Of a DNA stretch of 64,000 nt, positions 42,414 to 51,994 are shown piece after piece; within the stretch, counting starts at the first letter, position 1, and each line of letters starts with the position of its first letter. The position numbers and the translations under genes are program-made. Under the pieces are notes generated by a model. The model searched no databases and was not told where the DNA came from. It saw nothing but the letters and a program-made list of their open reading frames with translations. The DNA is from Eledone cirrhosa (taxonomy: Eukaryota): positions 19,530,001-19,594,000 of the forward strand of contig OZ024748.1 in assembly GCA_964016885.1 (NCBI GenBank). Direction: 5' to 3'.

Positions 42414-42800
42414 AATAATTGTTTCTACTTTTAGCACAAGGCCAGCAATTACCCCAATGCATTACTGCTGCTTTATTTTATCGACACCGTAAGGATGAAA
42501 GGCAAAGTTAACCTCAGCGGGATATGAACTCAGAACGTAAAGGGCCATATCTTTATGCTGCAAAGCATGATGTCTGACGCTCTACCGATACTGCCAAACC
42601 ACTGGTTCTGATTTAGGCACAAGGCCAACAATTTTAGGGTAAAGCGAAAGTCGATTAAATCGACCCCAGTGCATTGCTGGTACTTTATTTTACCGACGCT
42701 GTAAGTATGAAAGGCAAAGCTAACTTCGGCGGAATTTGAAGTCAGAACCTAAAGGGCCGAAACTCCATGCTGCGAACCTGCTATCCAACGCTCTACCAAT
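42414..42800 (-). mobile_element. Two tandem tRNA-derived SINE copies (about 42414-42600 and 42604-42800)
   Basis: Both show the reverse complement of B box, core and GGCCTTGTGC tail; the second has the longer GGGGTCGATTTAATCGACT variant. Confidence 0.8.
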
Positions 42801-43187
42801 TTTACTATGAGGAATTTATTAACAGACAGGGAGAGAAAAAATAGAGAGAGAGAGAGAGAGAGGATGAGAGAGAGAGAGGGAGAGAGAGATAGAGAGGAGG
42901 GGGGATAGATAGACAGATAGATATGTTTCTTTTATTTGCCACTAGGGCATCAAAAGTGGGACAAGTACAAAGGGGGGAGTTTACACAAAAAGGCGTCCTC
43001 AATAAGGAGGAGGCAATAACAAAATATAAAAATAAAATAAGATATAACAAAAAATAAAATTTTTAACAAAATCCTCAATAGAGAGGAGGCGCCTTGGGGG
43101 GTCGCACACACCCCCGAAAAAAGTGTGCAACCCTTCTCCTCAGGAGCACAGAGAAGGGGTGCTCCCTTGGTCTTTCATCTTCCTCAC

Positions 43188-46100
43188 CTATAGTCTGATG
43201 TAGAGTGAAGGCCCATTCACACGGGCCATTCTCGCCACTTTCACCCATCTTTCATAGAAACGGCTGGGGTGCAGCACCTCTCTCTCCATCCTGATCCTTC
43301 TTCCGAAATGATATCGGAAGAAACGGACCAGTTGTTGGCCAGAGAGAAAGGTGCCTGACCTCAGTCCTTTCAGACGCGTCCACCATACAACCTCTTTCGC
43401 CATGGCTATTACGCACAGAAACACCGCCTCTGCTTCATCTTTGAAGGGGGGAGGCGGCTTGATCATTACAATAGACTCGGTGGTCAACCGGATCGGTCCC
43501 ACCCTTGACAGCAATTGTTCGACATAGCCCCACAGATCGGCTACGCCCGAGCAGTGTACCAATGCGTGTGCAACGGTTTCCTCGTCGCACACGCATCTGG
43601 GACAGATCTTTTTGGCGGGGTCCCTACCCGGGCGCCCGTGTCTGTAGAGCCTTTCTCGAACGGGTAAAGCCCCTCGGTAGCACTGCCAGGCCAGGGACTT
43701 CTGGAAGTTGTCCATAGGTCCCGGGCTGAATGTCCTACCGAACAGGCTGGCCAGTTCGTCCTCCTCCATGTCTAGGGCTTCTCCGAGGGCGTCGTCGAAC
43801 CTGCTGCGTACCAGCCCTCTATAGAATGTTGCGGTGGAGTCTCCACTGATAACCGGATCCGCCTGCCAGAGGGCGGTGAGCGCCTGGGCACACTCAGTGT
43901 GCCAGGCGCCCAGTTTTCTCGGTCTTTGCTTGACCCAGGATTGCAGCTCGGTGAGTGAGACGAGTCTGGGAAAGGTTCGTCTCACAAACGAGGCCCACAC
44001 CGGTTGTCCGGTGAGGAATACGTAGAGGTGTCGTAGCCTTAATGCGTGTTTACGCATCATTAGCCACGGCATCCCCAGCCCTCCTTTCGAAGGGTGTTGA
44101 CAGCAGATGGATCTCCTCACCATAGGAGCCCGCCTCTTCCAAAGGAATTGGAAGAGCGCGCGCTCCATCTTGGTGAGGGTTTCCCTTGGGCAGGGCACTA
44201 CGGTCAGGCGGTAGTAGATGACGGACGCTATGTAGGTGTTCGCCACCTCCGCCCGACCTTTCAGGGATAGTTTGCAACTGGCCCACTTCTGGGTCAGTGC
44301 AAACACCCTGTTCGTAACCTCCGCCCAGTTTTTCTCCACCTGGAGGTCCGGTCCGAACCAGACCCCGAGCAACTTCACCGGGCCCTCCGTCCAGCGTCCG
44401 ACGACGCCATCGGAGGGCATCGGTCTGCCCCTCCACGTGCCGAGTTGCAAACCGATCGACTTGTCCCGGTTCAGCTTAGCCCCTGTGAACTTTTCGTACT
44501 CCTCCAGTAAGGTGCCGACCGCCTCGATTTCGGAGGCCGTCGACACCATTACTGTCACGTCATCGGCGTAGGCCGACACCGCTTTCCGCAATCCCGGTTC
44601 CAAAGGGATGCCCTGCAACAACTCCAACTTCCGCAGTAGTGGCTCGAGAGTCAACACATACAGAAGGGAGGAGAGAGGGCACCCTTGTCGGATGGACCGC
44701 GCGATTTTGAACGGCTCCGAGAGGTAGCCGTTCACCTTGACCCTAGAGCAGATGCGGCTGCTGTGCATAGCAGTGATCCAGCCTCTGAAAACGGGTCCGA
44801 AGCCTGCCGCCGCTAGCACCGCATCCAGGTAACCATGGTCGACCCTATCGAACGCCTTAGATTGATCCAAGTTGATCAGAGCCCCACCAAAGCCGGGTTC
44901 GTTCCCAACCCTCTCTATGATGTATCGCACGAGGTGGAGGTTGTCATGGATGGACCTGGACGGGATAGCGCATGTCTGCGCATCTCCCACCAGGTTGCCC
45001 ACGACAAGCGCCAACCTCTTTGCTAGCACCTTGGCCAAAATCTGTAACTCTGTATTTAACAGTGTTATGGGCCTGAAGTTACTTATTTCGTCCCCCTTGT
45101 TCTCGTCCTTCCTCACTAGCGTGACTACGCCCTTGGTCACAGTACAGGGAATTCTCCCGTTCTGTTGCCAGTTGCAGTAGACCGCCTCGAGGAGATCGGG
45201 GAACAAGTCCGGCATAGCTAGATATAATTCGTAAGGAAGACCATCGAGACCCGGGGATTTGCGTTTGCCGCATTGGCTCAGCACGTCCTCTATCTCAGCG
45301 GCCGAAATCGGCTCCTCGCAGGACTTCGCCTCCCTGTCCGAGAGGCGCGGCAGGCCGTCGAGGTATGGACCGAAGTCCACGTTCCCAACCGGCTCCCCGC
45401 CCCTCCCGAACAGTCGGGCAAAGTGCCTTTGAAAGGCCTCACACATCTGCTTAGGCTCAAGAATCGCCCGTCCATCTAGGTCTCGCAAAGACCGGATGGT
45501 GGATTTAGTTCCACTGTTGGCCTCTGTCACGCGGGCCCAGCTAACAGCTTTGGTCCCCTCGTTCCCTAGAGCACGTATTTTACTTCGGACAACGCAGCCT
45601 TCGTGCTTCGCGTCGAAAAACTGGCTCAAAGCCGTTCTCGACGCTAGCACTCTGGCCACGTCGCCGCTTCTAATTGCCTCTTCTACTCTATCTATTAGCT
45701 CCCTTTCCTTCCTATTCCTATCCGCAGCTAGAACCTTACTAAATTCTATCGAGACTACTCTAATCTCTCTCTTTAGAGATACCCACCACCTGCTGTTGAC
45801 GATCGCTCCAGTCAACCGTTCCTTAACTAACGTACTAATCCGATTCCTGTAGGCTCTACTTGCCGGCAAGGACAAGTTGAGCTTCCAGTAACCGGGGCCC
45901 TGTCTATGAGTTCTGTCAAGGTTGACCATGCAGGTCACTAATTTGTGGTCTGAATAGCCAACCATGCGCATTTTTGGACAACTTAAAAAGTCCTTATCCT
46001 TAATTCTAACTAAGAACCTATCTAGGTACGACCTAGATGATCCGCTACGATTTGCCCAAGTCCAGGTTGGCGCAGTCGGAAAATCTAGTCGATATCTATC

Positions 46101-46625
46101 GGCCAGGTCAAATCGACCGATTAACCCTTTGAGGCTATTACACCCCTCTCTATCGGGGCAGGCCCCTACGTAGTCCCAGCGTGCATCTAGGATACCATTC
46201 CAGTCCCCCACTAATAGCAAGGAGCGGGACGTCCCTAGAAAAGTCTCCAGACGATGGAAGAAGTCCGGCCGCATTGACCCGAAAGGGCCGTAGGCGGCTA
46301 CCAACCTAAACGCTCCGCCTTTACCACTGCCAAGGTCCAGAACCACTAGTCGACCCTCCGGGTCCAAATGTACCATCTGTGTTGCGAGACCCAGATGTTT
46401 TTGCAGCAGAACGACAACTCCACCCCCACCTCCGGGCTGACAGAGAGATGCGTGCATCTCAAAGTCATCAAAGGTGGGGGCCAGCTGTCGCACGTTGCTG
46501 ATCCGGGCCTCGCAAATAACCATCACATCTATACGTTGTGATCTGAGGTCATTTAGAAGCATTGCTTGCTTCCAAGTTGAGCCCAGGCCACGCGCATTTA
46601 AACAGCCTACTCTTAGCATAGCCAT
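43188..46625 (-). CDS. Tx1 family B ORF2: APE + RT + zinc finger (1145 aa from ATG)
   Basis: LNARG, CEAR, GDWN, YLDR, SDH, DQSKAFD, QGCPLS, YADD, CPRC..ETVAHALVHC; colinear with family A ORF2. Confidence 0.93.
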   Translation of the reverse strand: MAMLRVGCLNARGLGSTWKQAMLLNDLRSQRIDVMVICEARISNVRQLAPTFDDFEMHASLCQPGGGGGVVVLLQKHLGLATQMVHLDPEGRLVVLDLGSGKGGAFRLVAAYGPFGSMRPDFFHRLETFLGTSRSLLLVGDWNGILDARWDYVGACPDREGCNSLKGLIGRFDLADRYRLDFPTAPTWTWANRSGSSRSYLDRFLVRIKDKDFLSCPKMRMVGYSDHKLVTCMVNLDRTHRQGPGYWKLNLSLPASRAYRNRISTLVKERLTGAIVNSRWWVSLKREIRVVSIEFSKVLAADRNRKERELIDRVEEAIRSGDVARVLASRTALSQFFDAKHEGCVVRSKIRALGNEGTKAVSWARVTEANSGTKSTIRSLRDLDGRAILEPKQMCEAFQRHFARLFGRGGEPVGNVDFGPYLDGLPRLSDREAKSCEEPISAAEIEDVLSQCGKRKSPGLDGLPYELYLAMPDLFPDLLEAVYCNWQQNGRIPCTVTKGVVTLVRKDENKGDEISNFRPITLLNTELQILAKVLAKRLALVVGNLVGDAQTCAIPSRSIHDNLHLVRYIIERVGNEPGFGGALINLDQSKAFDRVDHGYLDAVLAAAGFGPVFRGWITAMHSSRICSRVKVNGYLSEPFKIARSIRQGCPLSSLLYVLTLEPLLRKLELLQGIPLEPGLRKAVSAYADDVTVMVSTASEIEAVGTLLEEYEKFTGAKLNRDKSIGLQLGTWRGRPMPSDGVVGRWTEGPVKLLGVWFGPDLQVEKNWAEVTNRVFALTQKWASCKLSLKGRAEVANTYIASVIYYRLTVVPCPRETLTKMERALFQFLWKRRAPMVRRSICCQHPSKGGLGMPWLMMRKHALRLRHLYVFLTGQPVWASFVRRTFPRLVSLTELQSWVKQRPRKLGAWHTECAQALTALWQADPVISGDSTATFYRGLVRSRFDDALGEALDMEEDELASLFGRTFSPGPMDNFQKSLAWQCYRGALPVRERLYRHGRPGRDPAKKICPRCVCDEETVAHALVHCSGVADLWGYVEQLLSRVGPIRLTTESIVMIKPPPPFKDEAEAVFLCVIAMAKEVVWWTRLKGLRSGTFLSGQQLVRFFRYHFGRRIRMEREVLHPSRFYERWVKVARMARVNGPSLYIRL

Positions 46626-46649
46626 GTTGGTGGTGAAGAGAAAAGGCAC

Positions 46650-48444
46650 TTACCTCTCTGCGTCCCGGGTATCGGGCTGCACAATTTCCATTAGGGTGGG
46701 GGATGGGTTGTTGGGTGGGGTGGTGGTTTGTGGAAGTGTGGGGGCATCAGTGTGTTGTGTGGTTGGGGAGCTTGGAGTTGTGTGGGTGTTTGGGGAGGGG
46801 GTGGGATAGTTTTTTAGGAGGACGCGGTTAATGGGCCCGACGCAGGGGGGACCCACGTCCTCTTTAAAATTGTTTTTTAAAGTTTTATAGGTGTCCTGTG
46901 GGGTCTTAATCATTTTGAGGTGGGGGAAATCCCCTGCCTGGGTGAAGTTAGGCCCTTGTGTTTTTATTAGATTGTTGTTGTACACAATGTTTAACAGTTT
47001 TTTGTTTCTTGTATTTATGTATGTGTATGCATGTTTTTGTTTTTGTGTGGTGTTTTTTGTTTGCTGTTGTTGTGAGCTCTTTTGTGTTGGTGTCAGTGTT
47101 ATGTTTTGGGGAGGGTTTTTTTTCATTTGTGTGTCTGAGGTGTGTTTTCTTTTTTTTCTTTTGATTGTGTGGAAGTGCTCCTCCTCGTCTGACGACGAAC
47201 TAGGGTCATCTTCCGCGTTGGAGGGGAGGGGTATATTTTCGGGTTGTGTTTGCGGTACGGGTGTTTTGGAAATTGTTTTTGTTTTTTGAGTGGAGGGGAT
47301 GGGTTGGACATTGTTTGTTTTGGTTTGAGCTGTGGTGGTTGTTTTTGTAGTGGTAGTTGTGGTGATTGTGTTGGTTGTGCAGTTGTTGGTGGTGTAGGCA
47401 GGATTGGGGTTTTCTTATTAAGTTGGGGACAGACAGCCCTCAGGTGACCTCTGGTTCCGCAGAGGTAACACGAGGGCCGTCTACCCTCAACGGTAATGTT
47501 GATGAAGGTTAGATCATCCAGTATGACGCGTTCAGGGATCTGGGCGATCCTTTCGGGCCTCATTTGAACTACAAGTTCGAGGCTCGTTCCACTGAACGCG
47601 TCACCCGATGCCTTTCCCATGGACACCAGCATGTCATCCTCCAGGTCCAGAAAACCTGTCAAAACCCACCATATGTCCATAATCGGCAGGATGGTGTGGA
47701 TTTTTATTTTTTGTGTTCTTCTACCCATGTACGTAGGGTAGAAGGTGTATGCGGTGGATGTGATTGGTTTGATGGACAGTTTCACTGCTGTGTCCCTGTC
47801 CTTCATGAGAATGGATAGACTCCCGTAGAGTCTATCCTTCTGAATGAAGGTGATGTCCTTCATGACGTCTTTTAAAACCAGCTCTATCTCGCTCTGTGAT
47901 GGTTGAGCTGGTTTTTTACTTTTGTTCGAGATTGTCCTAAACATGACCGTGTTTAGGAGTCTCTGGCTTTTTAGTTCCGGGGGGGGGAATGGATTGTGAA
48001 TGAACCATTTTCCCCGTACACTATATATTTTTTCGCATCCGCCAGTAGCTCCTTCGCTTTTGTTATATCTACTGGCAGATAGTCGAGGGTTTTCCTTGTC
48101 GTCTCGGCGAAGGAGAAATTTTGTTTGTTTGTGTTGTTGTTGTCGTTGGTGGTGTTGTTGTTATCATTGTTGTTGTTGTCACCGTTATTGGTCTTGTTGT
48201 TGTTGTTATTGTTATTGTTATTGGTGTTGTTTTCGTCCGTCGCATTGTTGTTGTTGTTGCTGTTGCTGCTGGTTCTTTGGGTTGTTGCCATGGCAACGTC
48301 AAGTTGTCGGTTAACAGGTGGAGAGAATTCTTCCTCTGGCTGACCTTTCTTCTTGACCTCTGCTACTGTGACAGTGGCAGGGGGAAGCTGTAAGTTCATC
48401 TTCCCCTTTCCTCCTTCGAATTTTGGTGAAGAAGCTTCGGCCAT
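46650..48444 (-). pseudogene. Tx1 family B ORF1 split by two frameshifts
   Basis: Pieces 47971-48444, 47123-47944 and 46650-47126 match family A ORF1 in order (SFAE/SFAG, VEGRRPSCYLCGTRGHLRAVC, INTRNKKL, GPINR). Shifts at or near a G9 run (47979-47987) and a T-rich run (about 47276-47287). Confidence 0.85.
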
Positions 48445-48740
48445 TTAAAAAAATATTGACTTTTCAACAAGAAAAAACTTTTTTTTTTTGTTTAACTATT
48501 TCACCTAAAGGCGTAGAATATTTTGAGAGACTGACCAGATCAAAGTTTGACCTGGCAGTCCCTCTACAAAATGGTACAAAAATTAAAGTTATCAGACAAG
48601 AATTTCTATAGAAATTTAAACAGAACTTACTCAGCAAGTTATACGCGTGTGTCCATCCCAGAGATAGATAGTTAGACAGATAGATAGATAGATAGATAGA
48701 TAAATAAATAAATATATATAGATATATATATATACAGTAT

Positions 48741-48826
<86 letters not shown>

Positions 48827-49228
48827 AGAGAGAGAGGGAGAGAGAGAGAGAGAGGGAGAGAGAGAGAGGGAGAGAGAGAGAGGAGGAGATATGCTTCTCA
48901 GAATCATCCCGTGGGACCACATATAAAATTAAGACGCTGGCTCAGTATTTTCTCAATTAAATCACGAGAAACTGATTAAGCATTTAATAATCTCGTCGGT
49001 CAAAAGTTTACGAGATTTTCATCGTCAGCAAAGCGAGAGTTTCTCTCTTCTTCTTTTGTTCGTGTGTGTTACTGTGTTGCTCCATAACCAAAATAAACAA
49101 ACACATTTCTCTAAAATAAACATTTTCTGTGTATTTACCAACAATGTTTCCAACTTACATTTCAACGCCTAATGTCATTCGGAAACCTACATATGTTTCT
49201 ATATACAATTATATGTCTAGTTTGTATA

Positions 49229-49325
<97 letters not shown>

Positions 49326-49327
<2 letters not shown>

Positions 49328-49511
49328 CAAAGGAATTGTGGTAAGGAACCAAATGGGCCATAACGCACCAGAGTACTCAATACTTAGGGTAGTAGAGTGG
49401 GAAATAGGAAAAAGAATGACCCCGACGGCAGAGCTCAAACCGTTTCGAGGGCTATTTCAGGACTGAAATAGCCGTTGAAACGGCTTCAGCTCTGCCGTCG
49501 GGGTCATACTT

Positions 49512-49516
<5 letters not shown>
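49326..49516 (-). mobile_element. Penelope-type 3' end with fold-back inversion, in (TA)n
   Basis: Homologous to 59985-60115. Palindrome 49408-49516 contains the GAAACGG...CCGTCGGGGTC half of a hammerhead on both arms. Confidence 0.6.
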
Positions 49517-49548
<32 letters not shown>

Positions 49549-49574
49549 AATAAATTTGTCACAATTTAAGAAAT

Positions 49575-49646
<72 letters not shown>

Positions 49647-49862
49647 GAATGCCATGGTTGACGGAGGCTCGGCTCTGTAAGGTATAGTAATTTTTAACCG
49701 TTAAAACAATTGTAAATTGTTTAAAACTTGAACCAAATTGTTGATAAAGACACCCTCCTCCTCGTGAGAGGGGTCTTTCTGTCCGTTATTTGGCCCTTCG
49801 GGGTTAAATAACCAGTTATTGGGGTTTTGTACCCAAAATTTCATTTTAAACAAAAAAACAAC

Positions 49863-51959
49863 ATGGCTACGAAAAAGAAATTTCATACGTCACTCCCACT
49901 CATTCCGTCTTCTTCTTCCTCAATCATCACTACAGCAGAGAGAAGATTGTCTCTCTCCCTCCCTTCTTTAAATGTGTCTCTCTCCCTCCCTTCTCTTTCG
50001 CAAGTGACGAAAGAAAAGAAAAGTCTCGTGCAAAGCGTGCAAGGTTTCTCCACGACGACGACGACAGCGACGAAACAGGTGTGCGGGAAATACGAAAACC
50101 CAGTTCATTCGTCTGACGTCAGGAATAATAGCAGTAGCAGCCGTAATAACAACAGCAACAGTGACAATGAAAACAACAGTAGCAGCCGCAACAGCATCAC
50201 CAGCAGCATAAACAACAACAGCATTAGCAGCAGCAACACCAACAACAACCACAGCAACAGCGGCGGAGGCAGTAGTCGTAGTACCTGCAGCAACAACAAA
50301 AGTACCAGCAGCTCTGACGACAACAACAACAGCAGAGAAAAACCAATCTCATTTGCAGGTATTGCGAAAAACTTGGAAACAATCCTCATAACAAATGAGG
50401 AATTAGAGGAAGCGAAGAAGATGGTGACAAAGAACGGACACCGAGCAATCTGCAAGGCAGCGAAACATTTTTTCGAAACCCAAGAGCACTGTACGGTCAC
50501 GTACCGTACAGTAAGTACAAAATCCCGTAGGGTGGAAAGAGCCACAGAGGCCCAAATACAAAAAGCCTTGGGGTCTGTGTGGCAGAGGAAAACGCACATC
50601 ACCCGAGGCAAAAAATACGCCACCGTAGACGTACTTTTTGCCACACCCCAGGAGGCAAAGGCCCAATCAGTAGTGACCCTAAGGAGCGAGGAAATGGTGT
50701 TGGTGCCCTCCTACTGCGGGCAAAAAATTGTGAGGGTCAGACTGACCCACGTCCCCCCCGGAATGACCCCTTCTTGGCTGGCCGCGTCTGTCCTCGTCGG
50801 AATCGAGGACAAAACAACTGTACTGCAAGTACAGAAAAAAGTAAGAGAAGATTGGGTCGGCTCCTCCATTGAGATGCTAATCCAAACCAACCAGGAGTGC
50901 ATCGAAGCTATCCCGGATGTGATAGACTTCGATAACGGCACTCAACTGCCCATAAGTGTTGAGGGCAAACGCCCGAAATGCTTTCGCTGTGGATCGAAGA
51001 CTCACCTCAGGGCCTTCTGCAACGAGAAGACCCTGAGAAAGGAGAAAACCCCCCTCCTTCCGAATCCGGCTCCACGGCTACCAGCAACAGGACAAGCGGC
51101 AACCAGGAACGATAGGTCCGTGGCACCCATACCCACTCCACGGAAATCAAAGACAGCAGCAGCAGTGGAAATATTAACAACAACAACAGCAATACCAAAT
51201 GCAGCTGCAACAGAGACTCCAGTGCAAACATCACAAACAACAACAAGTGAAAGAGTGGAGCTGGTACCCCTCCCCGACCTTACAGAATCAGACATGGAGT
51301 GTGAGGTGGGAGAGGGATGGCAAAAGGTCGCAAGAAGGCACAAACGCAGAAGCAGCGCATCGTCGCCTTTGAAAAGGGAGGAAAGAAATGAGAAAAGGGT
51401 AAAGTCTACTGCAAAGAGACCCACAGCAGCAACACCACCAACACCATCACCACCCACACCAGCACCACCATCACCACCGGCGACAACCCCACCGCCAACA
51501 ACACCTTCAACACCACCACCACAAGCACCAACATCGCAAACACAACAACAAAACACACACACCCAGCAACAACGACAAGAAAATAGCAGAACCACACCCC
51601 ACCCCCAGAAAAACAAATGCACGGCAATAAACACACACAACAAGAAACTAATGACTTACATAATTGAACACACAGACATTTCACAACAGGACTACATAAT
51701 ACCAGCACCAATCAAAACGCCAACTAACATAAGACTGCTAAAAATAGCACAGAAACAATACACAAACATTAAAACGAAATTCCCCAACGCAGTTGGTGAT
51801 TTCAGGGACCTAGGAGGAACCATCAATCGAAGAGTATATTCAGACATTCTCTTAGAAGAGCCGACGACCAGCCGAAGGGACGATTCAACGGTCCCTTCAC
51901 CAGACGATCAAGTGAAAAGGGATGTAAAAACCATCCCTCCTCTACCAAAAGTACGGTAA
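49863..51959 (+). CDS. Tx1 ORF1 (698 aa from first ATG)
   Basis: CFRCGSKTHLRAFC zinc knuckle; near-identical to 7979-10078. Confidence 0.9.
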   Translation: MATKKKFHTSLPLIPSSSSSIITTAERRLSLSLPSLNVSLSLPSLSQVTKEKKSLVQSVQGFSTTTTTATKQVCGKYENPVHSSDVRNNSSSSRNNNSNSDNENNSSSRNSITSSINNNSISSSNTNNNHSNSGGGSSRSTCSNNKSTSSSDDNNNSREKPISFAGIAKNLETILITNEELEEAKKMVTKNGHRAICKAAKHFFETQEHCTVTYRTVSTKSRRVERATEAQIQKALGSVWQRKTHITRGKKYATVDVLFATPQEAKAQSVVTLRSEEMVLVPSYCGQKIVRVRLTHVPPGMTPSWLAASVLVGIEDKTTVLQVQKKVREDWVGSSIEMLIQTNQECIEAIPDVIDFDNGTQLPISVEGKRPKCFRCGSKTHLRAFCNEKTLRKEKTPLLPNPAPRLPATGQAATRNDRSVAPIPTPRKSKTAAAVEILTTTTAIPNAAATETPVQTSQTTTSERVELVPLPDLTESDMECEVGEGWQKVARRHKRRSSASSPLKREERNEKRVKSTAKRPTAATPPTPSPPTPAPPSPPATTPPPTTPSTPPPQAPTSQTQQQNTHTQQQRQENSRTTPHPQKNKCTAINTHNKKLMTYIIEHTDISQQDYIIPAPIKTPTNIRLLKIAQKQYTNIKTKFPNAVGDFRDLGGTINRRVYSDILLEEPTTSRRDDSTVPSPDDQVKRDVKTIPPLPKVR

Positions 51960-51994
51960 GTGGTCTTTCCCATCTTTTCCACTCTATTTTAAAC

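Larger units (their letters stand above)
42925..48660 (-). mobile_element. Full-length Tx1/L1-clade non-LTR retrotransposon, family B, in (TATC)n
   Basis: ORF2 intact, ORF1 frameshifted. 3' end AATAAAAGAAAC followed by ATATCTATCTGTCTATC; 5' end preceded by (TATC)n. Confidence 0.92.
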
